DNA of 57,780 nt, the filler included, from Jimgerdemannia flammicorona (lineage: Eukaryota), in assembly GCA_003990765.1 (NCBI GenBank). It is 3 parts of 3 records of this genome, joined end to end, with 100 filler letters (N's around TTAATTAATTAA, not from the genome) between each part and the next. Parts side by side here need not be neighbours in the genome. Positions count along the whole stretch, not along the records: positions 1 to 19,199 come from RBNJ01002002.1; 2 more parts are not named here. One strand, written 5' to 3'. The position numbers and the translations under genes are program-made. Below the pieces are notes generated by a model that worked only from the letters and a program-made list of their open reading frames with translations, was not told the origin of the DNA and ran no database searches. This document shows positions 1-12,567 of this stretch, piece after piece. Within the stretch, counting starts at the first letter, position 1, and every line of letters starts with the position of its first letter.

Positions 1-1160
1 TTTAATAGACTCATGTCCTGCGGATTTTTATTGGAAGGGAATCTAGACTATATAGGCCAAAACCCTTCCCCACCACCCACCAAGCACTGCCCCCCCATTA
101 ATCTAGGCTAGCTATTGTCCAGCAGCTCGACTATACCAGGCACAGCAGGGCCTATGTTGGCCTGCACCTCATTCTGTGCACCATGCTCTCCCTACCACCA
201 GGGGAAACCCAACCATATGCCAACAACCGAAAGCACATGCCTGAGAACCCAACATATGTACAAGGCCATGCCTGAGCCAAATAGAATAGCCCCTGCCATC
301 TCAAAGAAAATAACAGGTAAATAAAAAACCCTTATCAAAGCACAACATAGTGGGTAGGGCCTGGTTCTCCCAGTTGAGGTGAGTAAAGGACTTACACATG
401 AGGTGGGAGGAAACCCCCAATACCCCACTACTCAAGCCTGCAGGCCTTGATCACGTTGCCATATCAGCTCCCGGTTCCAGTTGAGTGTAGTCAAGATGTC
501 TGAAATGGGTAGCCTCAGGCCTCCCGACCCCCCCTGATGACTGGGGCCCAACCCTGCTGACTGCCAAAAGAAGCCGATAGTGACACCTACCACCTAACCG
601 CGCCACACCAATCAAAAGGCCCCACCGAAGCAGCACCTGTCCCAGCCCTGATGACCACCCCTAGTCTGGCACCCCACTGGTCCACCATAATCACTCTTCT
701 GCCTATCTGTAATGGCCATCTCCCCTCCCATCCCAACAAAACCCGAAAAGCAGTCACCTACGCCAGAACCGCACTCACCGGGAAGCTCGCCAAAGCCAGA
801 GAGCCCCACCACAGGCACTGAGGACCTGCAGATAACCTATACTGAGCACTTGACACCCAAGGTCGGCCAACTCTCTACGTAGTCTAAGACACACTGAGAC
901 AACACCTTGTTGGCGATGGCAAAAGGAAGAAGGCACTGCACCAAAACGGATATACCCCAGACATAGCTGAAGGCACCAGAATCTATAAAAAAGTGGAGGA
1001 AGCACTGATCTGACACTAATAAAGGGGCAACTCATCACCATTGCCCTCCTCCTACCATGCCCCTACAGGCACAGCAAACCAACCTGAGGTAGAGAGGGTA
1101 ATAATAGGGGAAAGGGGACTCGGAAGGTTGCCTACCAAACCTTGTGACTGGTAAGGTAGT
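1..1160 (-). mobile_element. 3' portion (long 3' UTR) of an L1/Tx1-type LINE, 5'-truncated
   Basis: Reverse complement of 1-232 matches 34915-35145, which directly precedes a poly(A) tail downstream of the L1 ORF2; 1-130 also matches 38591-38723. The right boundary is approximate. Confidence 0.7.
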
Positions 1161-1169
1161 GGAGAAAGG

Positions 1170-2330
1170 AGCTGTTCTTCTGCTGCTCTGTGATCTTTAG
1201 TTGAGATGTATTTCAATTGACTATAGTTGTGAAGATTATACTAGTCATCTTAGATACTTCAACTCTGACTCTAGTAACTCTCTCTATTATATAGTCTTGA
1301 GGATGTCTGGCTATCTAATATTGCTAAGTATAAGTTACTTTCTATACTAAGTCTAGAACTATTAGTAATAATTAGATTACTATAGCTATTTTTGGGTAAA
1401 TTATTTTCATAAAGATTGCTTCAGCTACTTAATCTCTAATAGTATTAGTATAATTGATCAGAATTATCTAATAGCAGATTCAGATATATATATATTAAAG
1501 GTGTTTGGATCTTCATTCATTCTCTGGCAGATTGTATTAAATTGATCCTTTAGAGTCTGCTTGATTTTATCTATATATATAGTAGGTAGCTTATAGCTAG
1601 GCCTTCTATATTATTAATGTTATAGTATTATTATTTTTAATATAATTCATATATAGCTATAAATATAGCTCTTGCTGATTCTCAGAGACTAAATAGTATA
1701 AGAGCCACTTATTGTACTGATATCAGAGTTCTTATAGTAGTATATTGCTCAAAATTATTAAGATGATAATTGACTCATCAGAGGTATATATATTTATAGA
1801 ATACTGGTAGTCTCATATCTATCTTATCTAGATATTTTAGTTTAATTTAAATATATATTCAGATAGTAGTAGTTATTCATTGTTTAGCTTAAAAGTAAGA
1901 TATTATCTTAAATTATCAGCTAATAAACACTAAGCTATAATATAGCAAATACTTAATAATAAAAGTATAGTAGATTTCTTTATTTTAAATACTTAATCTT
2001 CTTTGACTCCTCAGAGTTCTCAGATGCAGGGGTGGGTGAGTTTGAAGTATATCTGTCTACAGACTTACTAGTTCTCTTGTCTCTTTTATTTGAACTATTT
2101 CAATCTAAGGTTTATTCACTTTAAATACTAGAAATACTTATATAAATTTGCTAGCTAAATGGTAGCTAAGTTAGGACTTCTTTTTCTGTGAATCATTTTA
2201 TATAGTTGAGATCTATACATCTATATATATTATACATCTATATAATCTATACAATTATGAGTTTTGTATAGTTATGCTTTTTGTATAATTATTCAAATCA
2301 TACAACTGTGAGATCAAATGACTGCTAAAC
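1170..2330 (-). mobile_element. Heavily decayed Ty3/Gypsy remnant (LTR plus start of gag), related to the element at 45274-51846
   Basis: 2010-2160 is the reverse complement of the LTR core (gcaggggtgggtgagtttgaagtatatctg...tttgctagcta). ctgttcttctgctgctctgt at ~1172 and gactcatcagaggtatat at ~1772 match gag at ~46393 and ~45807. Very AT-rich, many stops. Confidence 0.8.
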
Positions 2331-2430
2331 TATATAATGCTATACTATATCAGGAATTGGATTCAGGTACCATGATCAAATATCTATCTCCTGATTATAC
2401 TTCCTAATCATCACAATAGACTACATCACC

Positions 2431-2466
<36 letters not shown>

Positions 2467-3074
2467 TCAAGGAAGTACTGTCTAGATTTGGGATATTGAA
2501 ACGCGTTTTTAAACTCCAAAACAGCCAAACCGTTGCAAAATGTGGTTCACATTGCCATCTATATATGTATATACAAGTGAGCGAGGTCCACATCCGTGTG
2601 GCGGCTAGTCCGGAACTCTACATTTTTATCCGAAGCCCCGCGGAAATAACGACAAATCCGACGACTCTACCCTACTCAACCGTGATATATATATATCCCA
2701 TAACCGATCATATCAATTCCATAGCATGTTGTTGTCATCTTATCATATAGTTACTACAAAAACAATTCCGAGAACCTGTAATTCTTTACACAAGTACTGC
2801 CAGCAGCCGCAATTGTCCCGCGTCACCACTGTAATTTGCAACAGCAATTTACACAATATGGCGAAATTAAACAATGTGCTATATATAAATAATAATGCAG
2901 GGGGCAATAATGTACTTGATAACTGGAGATGTCTGCAAAGAAAGAATTAAATATCTAAAGTTGAGAAATTAAAATTATATTGTAAATTTCCACATTCCAT
3001 TCCGTATATATCTCAGTCCAATTCCAATTTGTGTATCAATACCTGATTTGAGGCCGTTTCGTATGATGTCAAAA

Positions 3075-3425
3075 ATCGTCGTCGTCGTCGCGGACGAGAA
3101 CTCATGCAATACCGCGCTACTCTCACGAACACGACATCAGAGTGGCATATATCTTTCGCTAATCTATATCTCTCTGTGGGTGTAGGGATTGTTTAAGGGA
3201 CTTCCGAGAACTGTTCAAATGCCGAGGGTATCCCGCTCACCCTGGCCAAAGTTTTCCCGCTCGGGTATCCGAGATGGAAGTGTCTAAAGCGAGTTGGCGT
3301 ACGGTGAGCATTCTTAAACATTTTACAAGCGGTGTTTGGAAGCTGCTGGTAAAGGGAAACACACACACACAATAGTTTGGTCCAGCATTTGCTATGATGA
3401 TGGTTTAGTAATAGGAACTCAGTAC
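3075..3425. repeat. Diverged duplicated segment (second copy ~6110-6590), function unknown
   Basis: Collinear shared words: atcgtc(g/t)tcgtcgtcgcgg, taccgcgcta/aaccgcgcta, actctcac(g/t)aacacga, atctctctg(t/c)ggg, tttaaggg, gcgagt(t/a)ggcgt, ttggaagct, cacaatagtttggtc, agtaata. Confidence 0.6.
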
Positions 3426-4039
3426 CCTCATTCATGCAATGGAATGTCTTTGTTCGGCCCATGACCTGTATGCTTCCTTCTTGATGAGAGGTGAACACAT
3501 CCTTTCGTGGCTATATAAACTAAAAAAAAAAAAAAAATCAATCGCCGCCGTACGTGATTCAGGGGCCAGTTCGCTCGTTTTTGGCGAGAGTCAGCTCGGG
3601 TATCCCCGGACGAACGATGCTTTATGTTGGCCCCACTCTCGCTATTTTAACGGGGGCCTGCTGAGATGAGCTGGTGGCCAGGTCCGGAGACGTCTGGACC
3701 CCCTTTAAATTTGGTTAGTTCTGATGATCAAACGCGCCCTGCAGATGCAATTCGTTGTTTGAATGGACCAGCTCAATAAGAGCTTTCTGAAGTACCTCCA
3801 ATCCGTTTCGTCTACTGTACTATCTGATTCCACATTTCGCAGAATTATCAGATATTTTATAAAGAAAGAAAAAAGGTCATGTGTTCTGTACATTTATATA
3901 TATATGACCCGAACGGCTCGAGGAATAATTATATGAAACGCCACCAACTGACCATCCACAAAAGTTTACAAATTATTACACATTTGCAAAATCGAGTTGC
4001 TAATAGATGTATATATGTCACAAGGAGGCTGAATCTCTG

Positions 4040-5780
4040 GTATGTCACGACTGTGTGCGGCATTTGATGCAGCTGCGTGATGGAATCAAGCCACAATCTG
4101 TGCATGCTCGCTCATACCTGTTCTATTACAGGGTATAATATCGGTAGCGAGGGGCCACGCTCCCTAATTAAGTATCTGAAGTATAACATGACCTTGACTG
4201 AGCTGAATCTCGAACGTATGTCAGAACGGTGCAAAAATATTTGTACAGCCGGATGGAATCAAGCTCACGATCTGTGCGCGTTCACGCATCCCCTGTTCAC
4301 GATTGACATCGGCGGCGAGGAGGTACGCAGAATACGACCTGGACCGAGCTGAATCGCTTCTGTATGTCAGAACTGTGAGAAGTATTGTGTGTAGCTACGT
4401 GATGAAGTCAAGCTTACCACCTGTTCATTTAATTGGTTGCGAGAGGGCACCCCGACTCGCCAAGTCTCTGAAGCACTGGACCGTATTGAATCTCTCCCTC
4501 TCCTGTTAGTCAGGACTATGTGAAGTATTGCGGGCACCTGTAATACAGCTCACGATCTGTACGTGTTCGCTCATCTCCTGTTCATTTTATAGATAATGGC
4601 ATTAATAACGAAGAGGCACGCGCCCTAGCCGAATTCTTGAAGCAGAACACGACCGTGACCAAGTTTTATCTCTCTTGTATACCAAAACTATGTGAAGCAC
4701 TGTACGCAGCTGCGTGATGGAATCGAGCTCACGATCTGTGCATGTTGGCTATCGCCTGTTCATTTTAAAGAGAACAACATCGGCTACATGGGAGCCGAGA
4801 CTCTGAAGCATAATACGACTTTGACCGAGCTGAATCTCTTTGGTATGCCAAAACTGTGTGAAGCATTGTGTGCAGCTGCAAGGTAGAATCACGCTCGCAA
4901 TCTGGGCGCGTTCGCTCATCCCCTTTTAATTTGAAAGGCAGTAGCATTGGCGACGAGGGGTCGCGCGTCCTAGCGGAGTTTCTGAAGCATAATACGAGAT
5001 CAATCTCTCTGGTATGTCAGAACTATATGAAGCATTGTGTGTGTGTAGCGGCGTAGAGTCAAGATCACGATCTGTGCGTGTTCGCCATCGCCTATTCATT
5101 TAAGGGAGCGACATTGGCTACATGGAGGCACTTGCCGTAACCGAGACTCTGAAGCATAACACGACTTTTACCGAGCTGAATCTCTCTGGTATGCCATAAC
5201 TGTGTGAATCATTGCGTGTAGCTGTACAACAGAATCGTGCTCACAATCTGTACGTGTTCGCTCATCCTCTTTTCATTTGAAAGGCAATAGCATTGGCGAC
5301 GAATCTCTGGTAATTCTGAACTATATGAAGAATTGTGTGTAGCTGCGTGATGGAATCAAATTCACGAACTCATTTAAGAGAGCAACATCGCTAAAAAGGG
5401 GGCATGCGCCCTAGCCGAGTCTCTGAAGCAGAACACAACCTTAACCAAGTTGAATTTTCTTGTATACCAAAACTGTGTGAAGCATTGTGTGCAGCTGCGT
5501 GATGAAATCGAGCTCACGATCTGTGCATGTTCGCTCATCTCCTGTTCATTTTACAGGTAATAATATTGACGATGAGGGGGCACGCGCCCTAACTGAGTCT
5601 CTGAAGCAGGACACAACCTTGACAGAGCTGAATCCCCGTGGTATGCCAAAACTGTGTGAAGCATTGAGTAGCTGCGTGCTGGAATCAAGCTCATGATGTG
5701 TACATCCTAGCCAATGGTATCGGCAACGAGATGGTCGGCATCCTAACCGAATATCTTAAGGGAACAAATCACTATAGACT
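4040..5780 (+). pseudogene. Tandem array of ribonuclease-inhibitor/NLRC3-type LRR exon-intron cassettes (~10 units, several broken)
   Basis: 84-nt AG/GT-bounded exons at 4132-4215, 4593-4676, 5105-5188 and 5557-5640 encode 28-aa LRRs (e.g. NNIDDEGARALTESLKQDTTLTELNP). Other exons are 72, 74, 83 and 26 nt. The introns (gtatg...ctcacgatctgtgc.tgttcgctcatc...ag) are homologous to each other. Confidence 0.8.
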
Positions 5781-6894
5781 TGAAAATGTATTTTTTCAAC
5801 AGTTAATGATCACCTAAATGTTGAGAAAGCTACAATAAATATGACGTGGGGATTTTTCTATTATTCGAAATATTTTGTGCTCGCTATTAGATGGACTCTG
5901 GATATATCGTATTGGATGGCATGTAGTTCTCCAAATTGTTTCGAACCAGGCCTAATTTGCTTGCTTCAATTCCAATCTGTACTCGCGTGCGAAGGAGGTG
6001 CATTCTAGATGTCGTCCATTTGGAAATCTGTCGTGCCGAACATTATCAAAAGGATCCACATTTTAATGGGCACACATAAGATCGTGAAGTTAGAGAATCA
6101 CCATGGCGGCATCGTCTTCGTCGTCGCGGTCGATGACCTAGGGCGAGGATAACTCGTCTGTAACCGCGCTATTCATGTTCACAGCCTCCACAAAACTCTC
6201 ACTAACACGATACTAGTGTATCTTGGTTCTTTATTTCTTTGTTGATCTGGATCTCTCTGCGGGAATATGAACTATTTAAGGGCTAAGGTGAGAACTACTT
6301 GAACGTTGTGAGTATGTTGGCCAACAAATCGTGTATCCCATAGTTGTATAGGAACTACGTATCGTGCATGTAGTTTGCAAAGATGCGAACGCGCTCAAAT
6401 GGCACCTTCACTCGGTATGTGCATGCTATAAAGTGGAGCAAATGCGAGTAGGCGTCTGGTGAACATTCGTAAGCATAGTGTCAGCAAGCAGTCGTTGGAA
6501 GCTAGTAATGAAGGAAAACCCCCACAATAGTTTGGTCTGCTTGAATTGAAGTATTGGTTATGACGACGATTCAGTAATAAGAGTTCTCAATGTGTGTCAC
6601 ACGATTTCCTTTCATTATTGGAAAAGAACACATGAATTAATAACAGTTTACTCGCTCAGTCGACAATCTCGTTCTAAAAAGTCACTTCCGGATTAGATCT
6701 TCCGATTCGTACAGACCGCTTTTCGCCGATTGTTGTGACACTTCTTGATCCCCACCAATAGTAAATGTGTTCTGGATACAATCGATATGAACTCGTACTT
6801 CGAAGCCCTTGTAGCATAAAGACATAAAAACTCTGAATATATTGAACTTAAAGCGAAGGTAGTGTTTGCAGAGGTTGTCGTACTTTCCATATAT

Positions 6895-8362
6895 TGTCAC
6901 GTAGTGGTCGCTGAGTTCTTCAAATACGCCAGATTCTCTTCAAGGTGTATCTCTTAGACTAACTCAAGTTGTTATAAGCAAGTTCTTATTGGAGTGCCTT
7001 CCCAAGGTCTTATAGTCCTCAAACTTCTTATCTTTAACTGTCTTGTTATCTCTTAGATTGCTTGCAAGGAAGTGTGTAAGTGAACCGGATAGAACTTGAC
7101 TTTATTTCAGAGGAAATAAGAGGGGTATTTATACAAAATATAATTCAATGGTTGCTAAGATATAAAGCTAAATATAAATTCCAATAACTAAAACTACTGA
7201 TGGCATTATTTAGTACCACATCAAAATACCGGTGCTGGAACAATTTCGCGTCACCTCAGAATACCGGTGCTGGCATTATTCAGTGTTATATGAGAACTTT
7301 TAGAGCAGAAATTTCAGGATCATGGGAGCTTCATCATCATCATCATCACTGAAGGAGATGAGGTCCGCGAATTCATCATGTAGGTCGCGCGTTTCGCGTG
7401 CTTCGGGTATGTCGCGCGGGATGACGTCATCGATGACGTCATCACATTCGGCTGTGGCAGGAAAATCAGGAACAAGGTCTGGAGCTCTCCAGTCTATGAG
7501 GTTCTCCTCCACAAAATAGGGGACAAATGTGGGGTCTTGGGGGGATCTAACCCGGATGCTTGGGCCTTGGAATACTGAGATCAATCCTTGCAGGAATTGG
7601 TCTGGGTTGTCCTGAAGGATAGGGTGCCAGAAGTCTTCTACTTCTTCGCTGTTGAGGGTGATGGTGGACTGGGCTTCTGTAGCTACCCTGGCTTCTAGTG
7701 CATTGATGTGGCGGGATGACAGGTCTCTGAAGTCTGAGACTCTAACATACTCCAAGTTGGGGATCGACCATGGTGCATGCCTGAAGATCTGATGGATCTT
7801 TTTTGCTGTCCTTGCCTCATGTAGGTCTATGGGGGTGGCATCTTGTAGCTCTTGAGGGCTGGCCTGTGGGAACTCCTGGCAGAGGAGGTTTCCTATTTCA
7901 TACTCCTGCCACATTTGGAGGCATTCGGTGGCAATGGTGATCCTTGTTTCCATTTCACGACGGTAGAGGATAAAGTGATAAGGGTCTGCAGTATCCAGGT
8001 TGACGCTAGGAGTCCTTCTTGAGCGGGTCATCATGGCTCTTCTGATGTCTTGAAACATCCTTTCCTCGACTGAGATATCTTGATGATTCCTTGACCTTGA
8101 GGTTTGGCAGGCAGCAGGCATTTTGTTTGTAGTAAGTCTTTGAGCTATTTTGGGATTGGGGTTCTTGTTGGCTGCTGCTACTGCGGTTCCTTGATCCTTC
8201 TTTTATATTCTTCAGGATGCTTGTGCTGTGGTCACAATGACTCACAGTTAGTCATCGTTGCTCATCTCGCATGCCATATGATCTTCTTGTACTCTGATCT
8301 GGTGGCTTGTAAAGAAAGGCTGTCTCCTGTGCTGATGTCATCATTCTGGGGTCACCGTTACA
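6895..8362 (-). mobile_element. 1468-bp solo-LTR-like insertion containing an intact ORF
   Basis: Termini TGTCACG...CGTTACA, flanked by ATATAT on both sides (6889-6894, 8363-8368; 4- or 6-bp TSD). TATA-like gtataaatacccctc on the - strand at ~7120-7134. The first ~183 bp recur almost identically at 57406-57588. Confidence 0.8.
7300..8121 (-). CDS. LTR-embedded 273-aa protein of unknown function, apparent homolog of Gypsy ORF3 (50946-51449)
   Basis: Uninterrupted ATG-initiated ORF with acidic C-terminus. Motif QEYEIGNLL...AKKIHQIFR...IPNL..V..SDF aligns by eye to ORF3 EYFKLGQVL...AKRIHKLF...LAHL..V..SDF. Confidence 0.75.
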   Translation of the reverse strand: MPAACQTSRSRNHQDISVEERMFQDIRRAMMTRSRRTPSVNLDTADPYHFILYRREMETRITIATECLQMWQEYEIGNLLCQEFPQASPQELQDATPIDLHEARTAKKIHQIFRHAPWSIPNLEYVRVSDFRDLSSRHINALEARVATEAQSTITLNSEEVEDFWHPILQDNPDQFLQGLISVFQGPSIRVRSPQDPTFVPYFVEENLIDWRAPDLVPDFPATAECDDVIDDVIPRDIPEARETRDLHDEFADLISFSDDDDDEAPMILKFLL

Positions 8363-11300
8363 ATATATACATGATCCGAAATGAAATCCGGATGTATGTC
8401 GTGGATAGAGCCGACGCGCAAGATACGTGAGAAATTGGTCACAGGCATGCTTATTCAATGTTGGACACTGACCGTATATACATATTCCAGCCCTCTGAAC
8501 CAAGGTACAGATACCAATGCTTCCTGCACAAGCAGTTAAGGGACGACGAATCTTTTGCATTTATTGTCTTCTGCCTGCACTTTATGTGCCGAATTATATT
8601 TGATGAAGTCTATCTAATGTCTCAATGAAAAATAAAAAATAAATATAAATATAAAAAAGACTCCGCCGCCAGAAATTCGGAAGGCAAAAGCAGCATGCAC
8701 CAAAAATAAATCATCGCCGACCCTTAGGATGACGACCATACGCAGGCTCCGCGTGAACTGAGTTACGATATTGAGTTGCGTCGAGAAGACATTCCTTTTA
8801 TATTTGGCACATTACAGACGATTGCTGATGTCTTTGTACATGGTGCTACACGATTTTGGCGCTCAGTACCATAATATCCGTGACCAGATTATTGAGGTGA
8901 GTGGAGCGCCGGAGTGGCGAACAGTGGACATTGACTAATCCTGTCATTTGACCTCAAGGCGCCGCCTTTCTCCACGAACAAATCGTCAACCGCGATCTCA
9001 ACCCAAACATCATCAATTTTGAGCTTGTCTATCATCGGCAGTTGGGGCACTAAAAAGGTGCCATGCTTGCAAAGTGAAGGATGCAACAAAATTTATCTTG
9101 GACGTTCATGGCCTATAATGTTGATATTAACCAAGAAGTTGTTATCTAACTGGGCTCCACACCTTCCATATCTTTATCACAGAAAATATTGTACCTTTGC
9201 GAGGTCGAGTATCTCCCTCATGAACCACAGATTAGCCTTAAACGGATTGAGTGGCATGCCACGTGACCCAAGCGTAAAAACGGATGAATCTCGTCGGGTA
9301 ATTCAAGCAGTTCACCTCTGAGGCAAAAAGGGAATGAATGGATTGAAACGGGAGGAGTGTACGGGCGACACAGGCATCAGGGAAAATAAGCGACATCAAC
9401 AAAGATGGCGATCGAGGAGCTTGCGCAAGCGCCAGAGGAGAATGGATGTGATGTCTCGCCATATGTGAATAATCTGGATAGATGTAAAAATTTTCTTGAC
9501 TCGGCTTATCATGGGATATTACCAATCTAATACTGATGATGCATTTGGGCAGTATCCCGCGTCTAGACTGTATCACCCATTTGATTATTTATTTTGCCAC
9601 TTCCCCTTCCTCTTTACAGTTTTTCTCGTTTCCCTTTTTTATTTCCACCGGTTGCTCTCTGCCTTGAATGAAAGCGCCTGGGTTGTAATTTTTGTTGTGG
9701 TTGTGTATTTTTTAACCTACCGCGAAGCGCTAGATAATATTATGGCGCTAGATAACTATGGAATGATTGAACGTGTCAGAAAACCAAGAGATGGCATGCG
9801 TTTGATTAATGATTCCAAATCGGAGGTAATCAACGATAGTAACGAAGTGCGAAAATATTAGAAAGGATTGGATAAGGAGATGTGTGCAGACATTTGGGAA
9901 GCGGCGTGGGACTGGCTTTGATTGACCATCTCGGATGTATGTAGTCATCTGAGAGACATAAACTCGCACTAGTGGTCCGCTAGCTCATTCAGCTCCCGAC
10001 GAAAAGCGACTAGTGGAAGCAAGGCCGTATGCAAGTGTTAGGGGCGTGCGGCCAATTTCGACGGGATGATATCCTCTTAATTAGGCATCCGTCCTCATGA
10101 CGGATCTAATCTAATATATACGTGTCCAGCGGAGTTCTATTCAAGCAGACGCGGTCTGTCGCGCAACAATCTGACTTGCATGGCCATCGGAAAAATTTCT
10201 GCAGGGAGAGGAGACCTACAATAAATTATTAATCCTCACGACGACATCCCGTGCGGCTACGTCCTGAAAGAGTCTTTCAAAAATAAAGTTCAATATTTGC
10301 GGGGTCGGGACCTCAAAATTTCGCGATTTCTGGAGTTTGCCCTCTGTGAAACGACGAGAATCTACAGTGAAAAAAACGATTACTTCTGGAATAAAAAACA
10401 CACTGATGACTGATAAGCTCGTTTCACATTGTCGTTGCCACACGCGCCACACGATCACACGATCAAGAGCTTATGATATATCTACAGGTCACATAACATC
10501 AAGATTTCATGACCAACATCTTGCCTGCACATTACTGGCCATCTCTGGTATTTTCGCCAGCTCTTCCTTTAACAAAACCACATGTTCTCACCAGCCATAT
10601 CTTTGTCTCTATTATTGTCAATCTCAATTACTAGTAGCTCTAGATTGTTGGTTATTTCCTTAACGCTATTGTATTTGATAAAATATTTATTTATCATATT
10701 TTTACATTTATAAATTATTTTTAAAGTAAAAATATTATAACCATATTATTTAGTAGCTTATAGATGTCTGTATTATTAATAAGTATATCAATTATAAAAC
10801 TGTGAAGAATGCATGTGGCTTTTAGTCTAGAAATTATGGCAGAAGCCGAAGGGTTACTAAATTTTGTGATTTTGGCAAGGCTACATAGGAAGCACATATC
10901 ACCCTTATGCATTCCGTATGCAGGTGTTTGTGGAGAACGGTTAGTTTTCGGGTTTCCTCGTTGCCATAAATACTGCAGGTCGTTTTGTGGGTGCGACTAG
11001 GAGTTCTGTCTGATACGTCATGCGGACCGATTAGTATTTTTATTTTATTTTTTTCCTGGAGTTAGTTGAGATTGTACAATCTTTTCGAATAGTGGACGTT
11101 TCTCCGCGGATGGCGTTGTTACCAACATGATATGCTCGACCGACAACGGAACGGAATGACTCAAGTGGGGAATGTGTAATGTGGCTGGTGTACGAATGTG
11201 ACAGTGGAATCCCGAAACAATCGTCTGAGGATATTATTGAAATCATCGATTCACGTTTAATACCCTTTGCCAGCAACTTTCTTTGCGGGCGTCCAATCCC

Positions 11301-11366
11301 GTTCAGAACGGTTACCGGTGAGTGAATAAGTTATACAGATAATAGCAATAGCTTTATTTTTTTTAT

Positions 11367-12567
11367 TCAAACACGGCCCCAGCTTGCTGCGCCGGTACAC
11401 ACCCCCGAATACAACATTTGGATACAGTAAACCGCGCAGAAACTCATGTATGTTTTTTGATCCTCCGCCGGAGATCGGTACGCGATCAGCCTGAACGCAG
11501 TCCAGATCGCACAAGCTAAAGACAGCCACTCCACCACTGCAACCTCATACGGCACAGTCTGTGCTGCGCCGAGGCATGCCCTCCCGACGAACGTCATCAT
11601 TTTCACATTGGCGAATAGGGCTGGGACCGTTACCCAGCGTGCCGGGGCGTCACCGATGAGGATTGGTAGGGTAATTCGGCCGACCGCGCTGTCCCCCTCG
11701 ATGTCCCGGAAGTCCTGAATGTGGGCGAGTGATGTGACAAAGATGCAGATTGCTGGGCCCCATGCGTACGACCAAGGCTGCGCTGGAAGGCCCGCCGTAT
11801 CGCCGGCGTTAGCCTCGAGTATTAAACTCTGTGTAATGGCGAGCTGCAACCACGCACCGGGGGCATTCCAGAAGCTCTTGAGAAAGGGATTACGGTGCCA
11901 GTCTCCGAGCTCATAAATCGCACACAATGTCAGCCACATGACGGCACCAAGAGCACCGGGCCACCACCCAGCCATTAGATACGCAAAAACTATGTACAGA
12001 ACGCTGGAGACGGCGAGCCGGACCTTTGCGCCTTCTATGGAAACTAGGCCTGACGGTATCGGGCGGTCGGGCTTGTTGATCTTGTCTTCTTCTACTCCCC
12101 AGATCTGATTTGTCCTGCGAGAATCAAAGATGTCCGTATAAGTAAGGCTGCATGATTCAAACGATTGGCATAATGTCACCATAAATCGAAGCGGAAGCTG
12201 TCGGGAAGGATACTTACCAATTGAAACAATAAACCCAGAACGAAAAAATGATAGCTATCCGTCCTATGGTTGGCAGCACTGTTTGTTGCAGAGCGACGAT
12301 CCACTCATTCAGAGATAGGGGATGTGATGGCGCGCCGGAGCCCAGGAATTTTACGTAGAATGCGCCGAGCGTAAGCAGCATTGTTGGTACTATTGTTGTC
12401 CTCCAGTCGCGGTATGTCAGCTTGTAAGCGAGGAATACTTCACGCCGAATGGCATTGAGGGCGAGCCTGAGGAAGATTGCCGATGAGGACGGAACTCGGA
12501 TATGATTTTTTGAAGAGGGCGAAATCCCTACATCAGGCAGAGGAGTGTTGTGAGTTACGCGATGCAT
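11367..12567 (-). CDS. UbiA-family membrane prenyltransferase, terpene-cyclase type (fumagillin beta-trans-bergamotene synthase-like); 2 exons 12567-12218 and 12114-11367, 365 aa
   Basis: Spliced product reads CFNWTNQIWGVEEDKINKPDRPIPSG and QDFRDIEGDSAVGRITLP (NxxxGxxED and QDxxDxxGD motifs) with several hydrophobic helices. GTAAGT...GCAG intron; total 1098 nt in frame; TATATAAA ~90 nt upstream. Confidence 0.9.

Noticed and set aside
8680..11300. Short ORFs in 8.7-11.3 kb and 15.8-17.3 kb
   Set aside because: No recognisable motifs or consistent splice structure.
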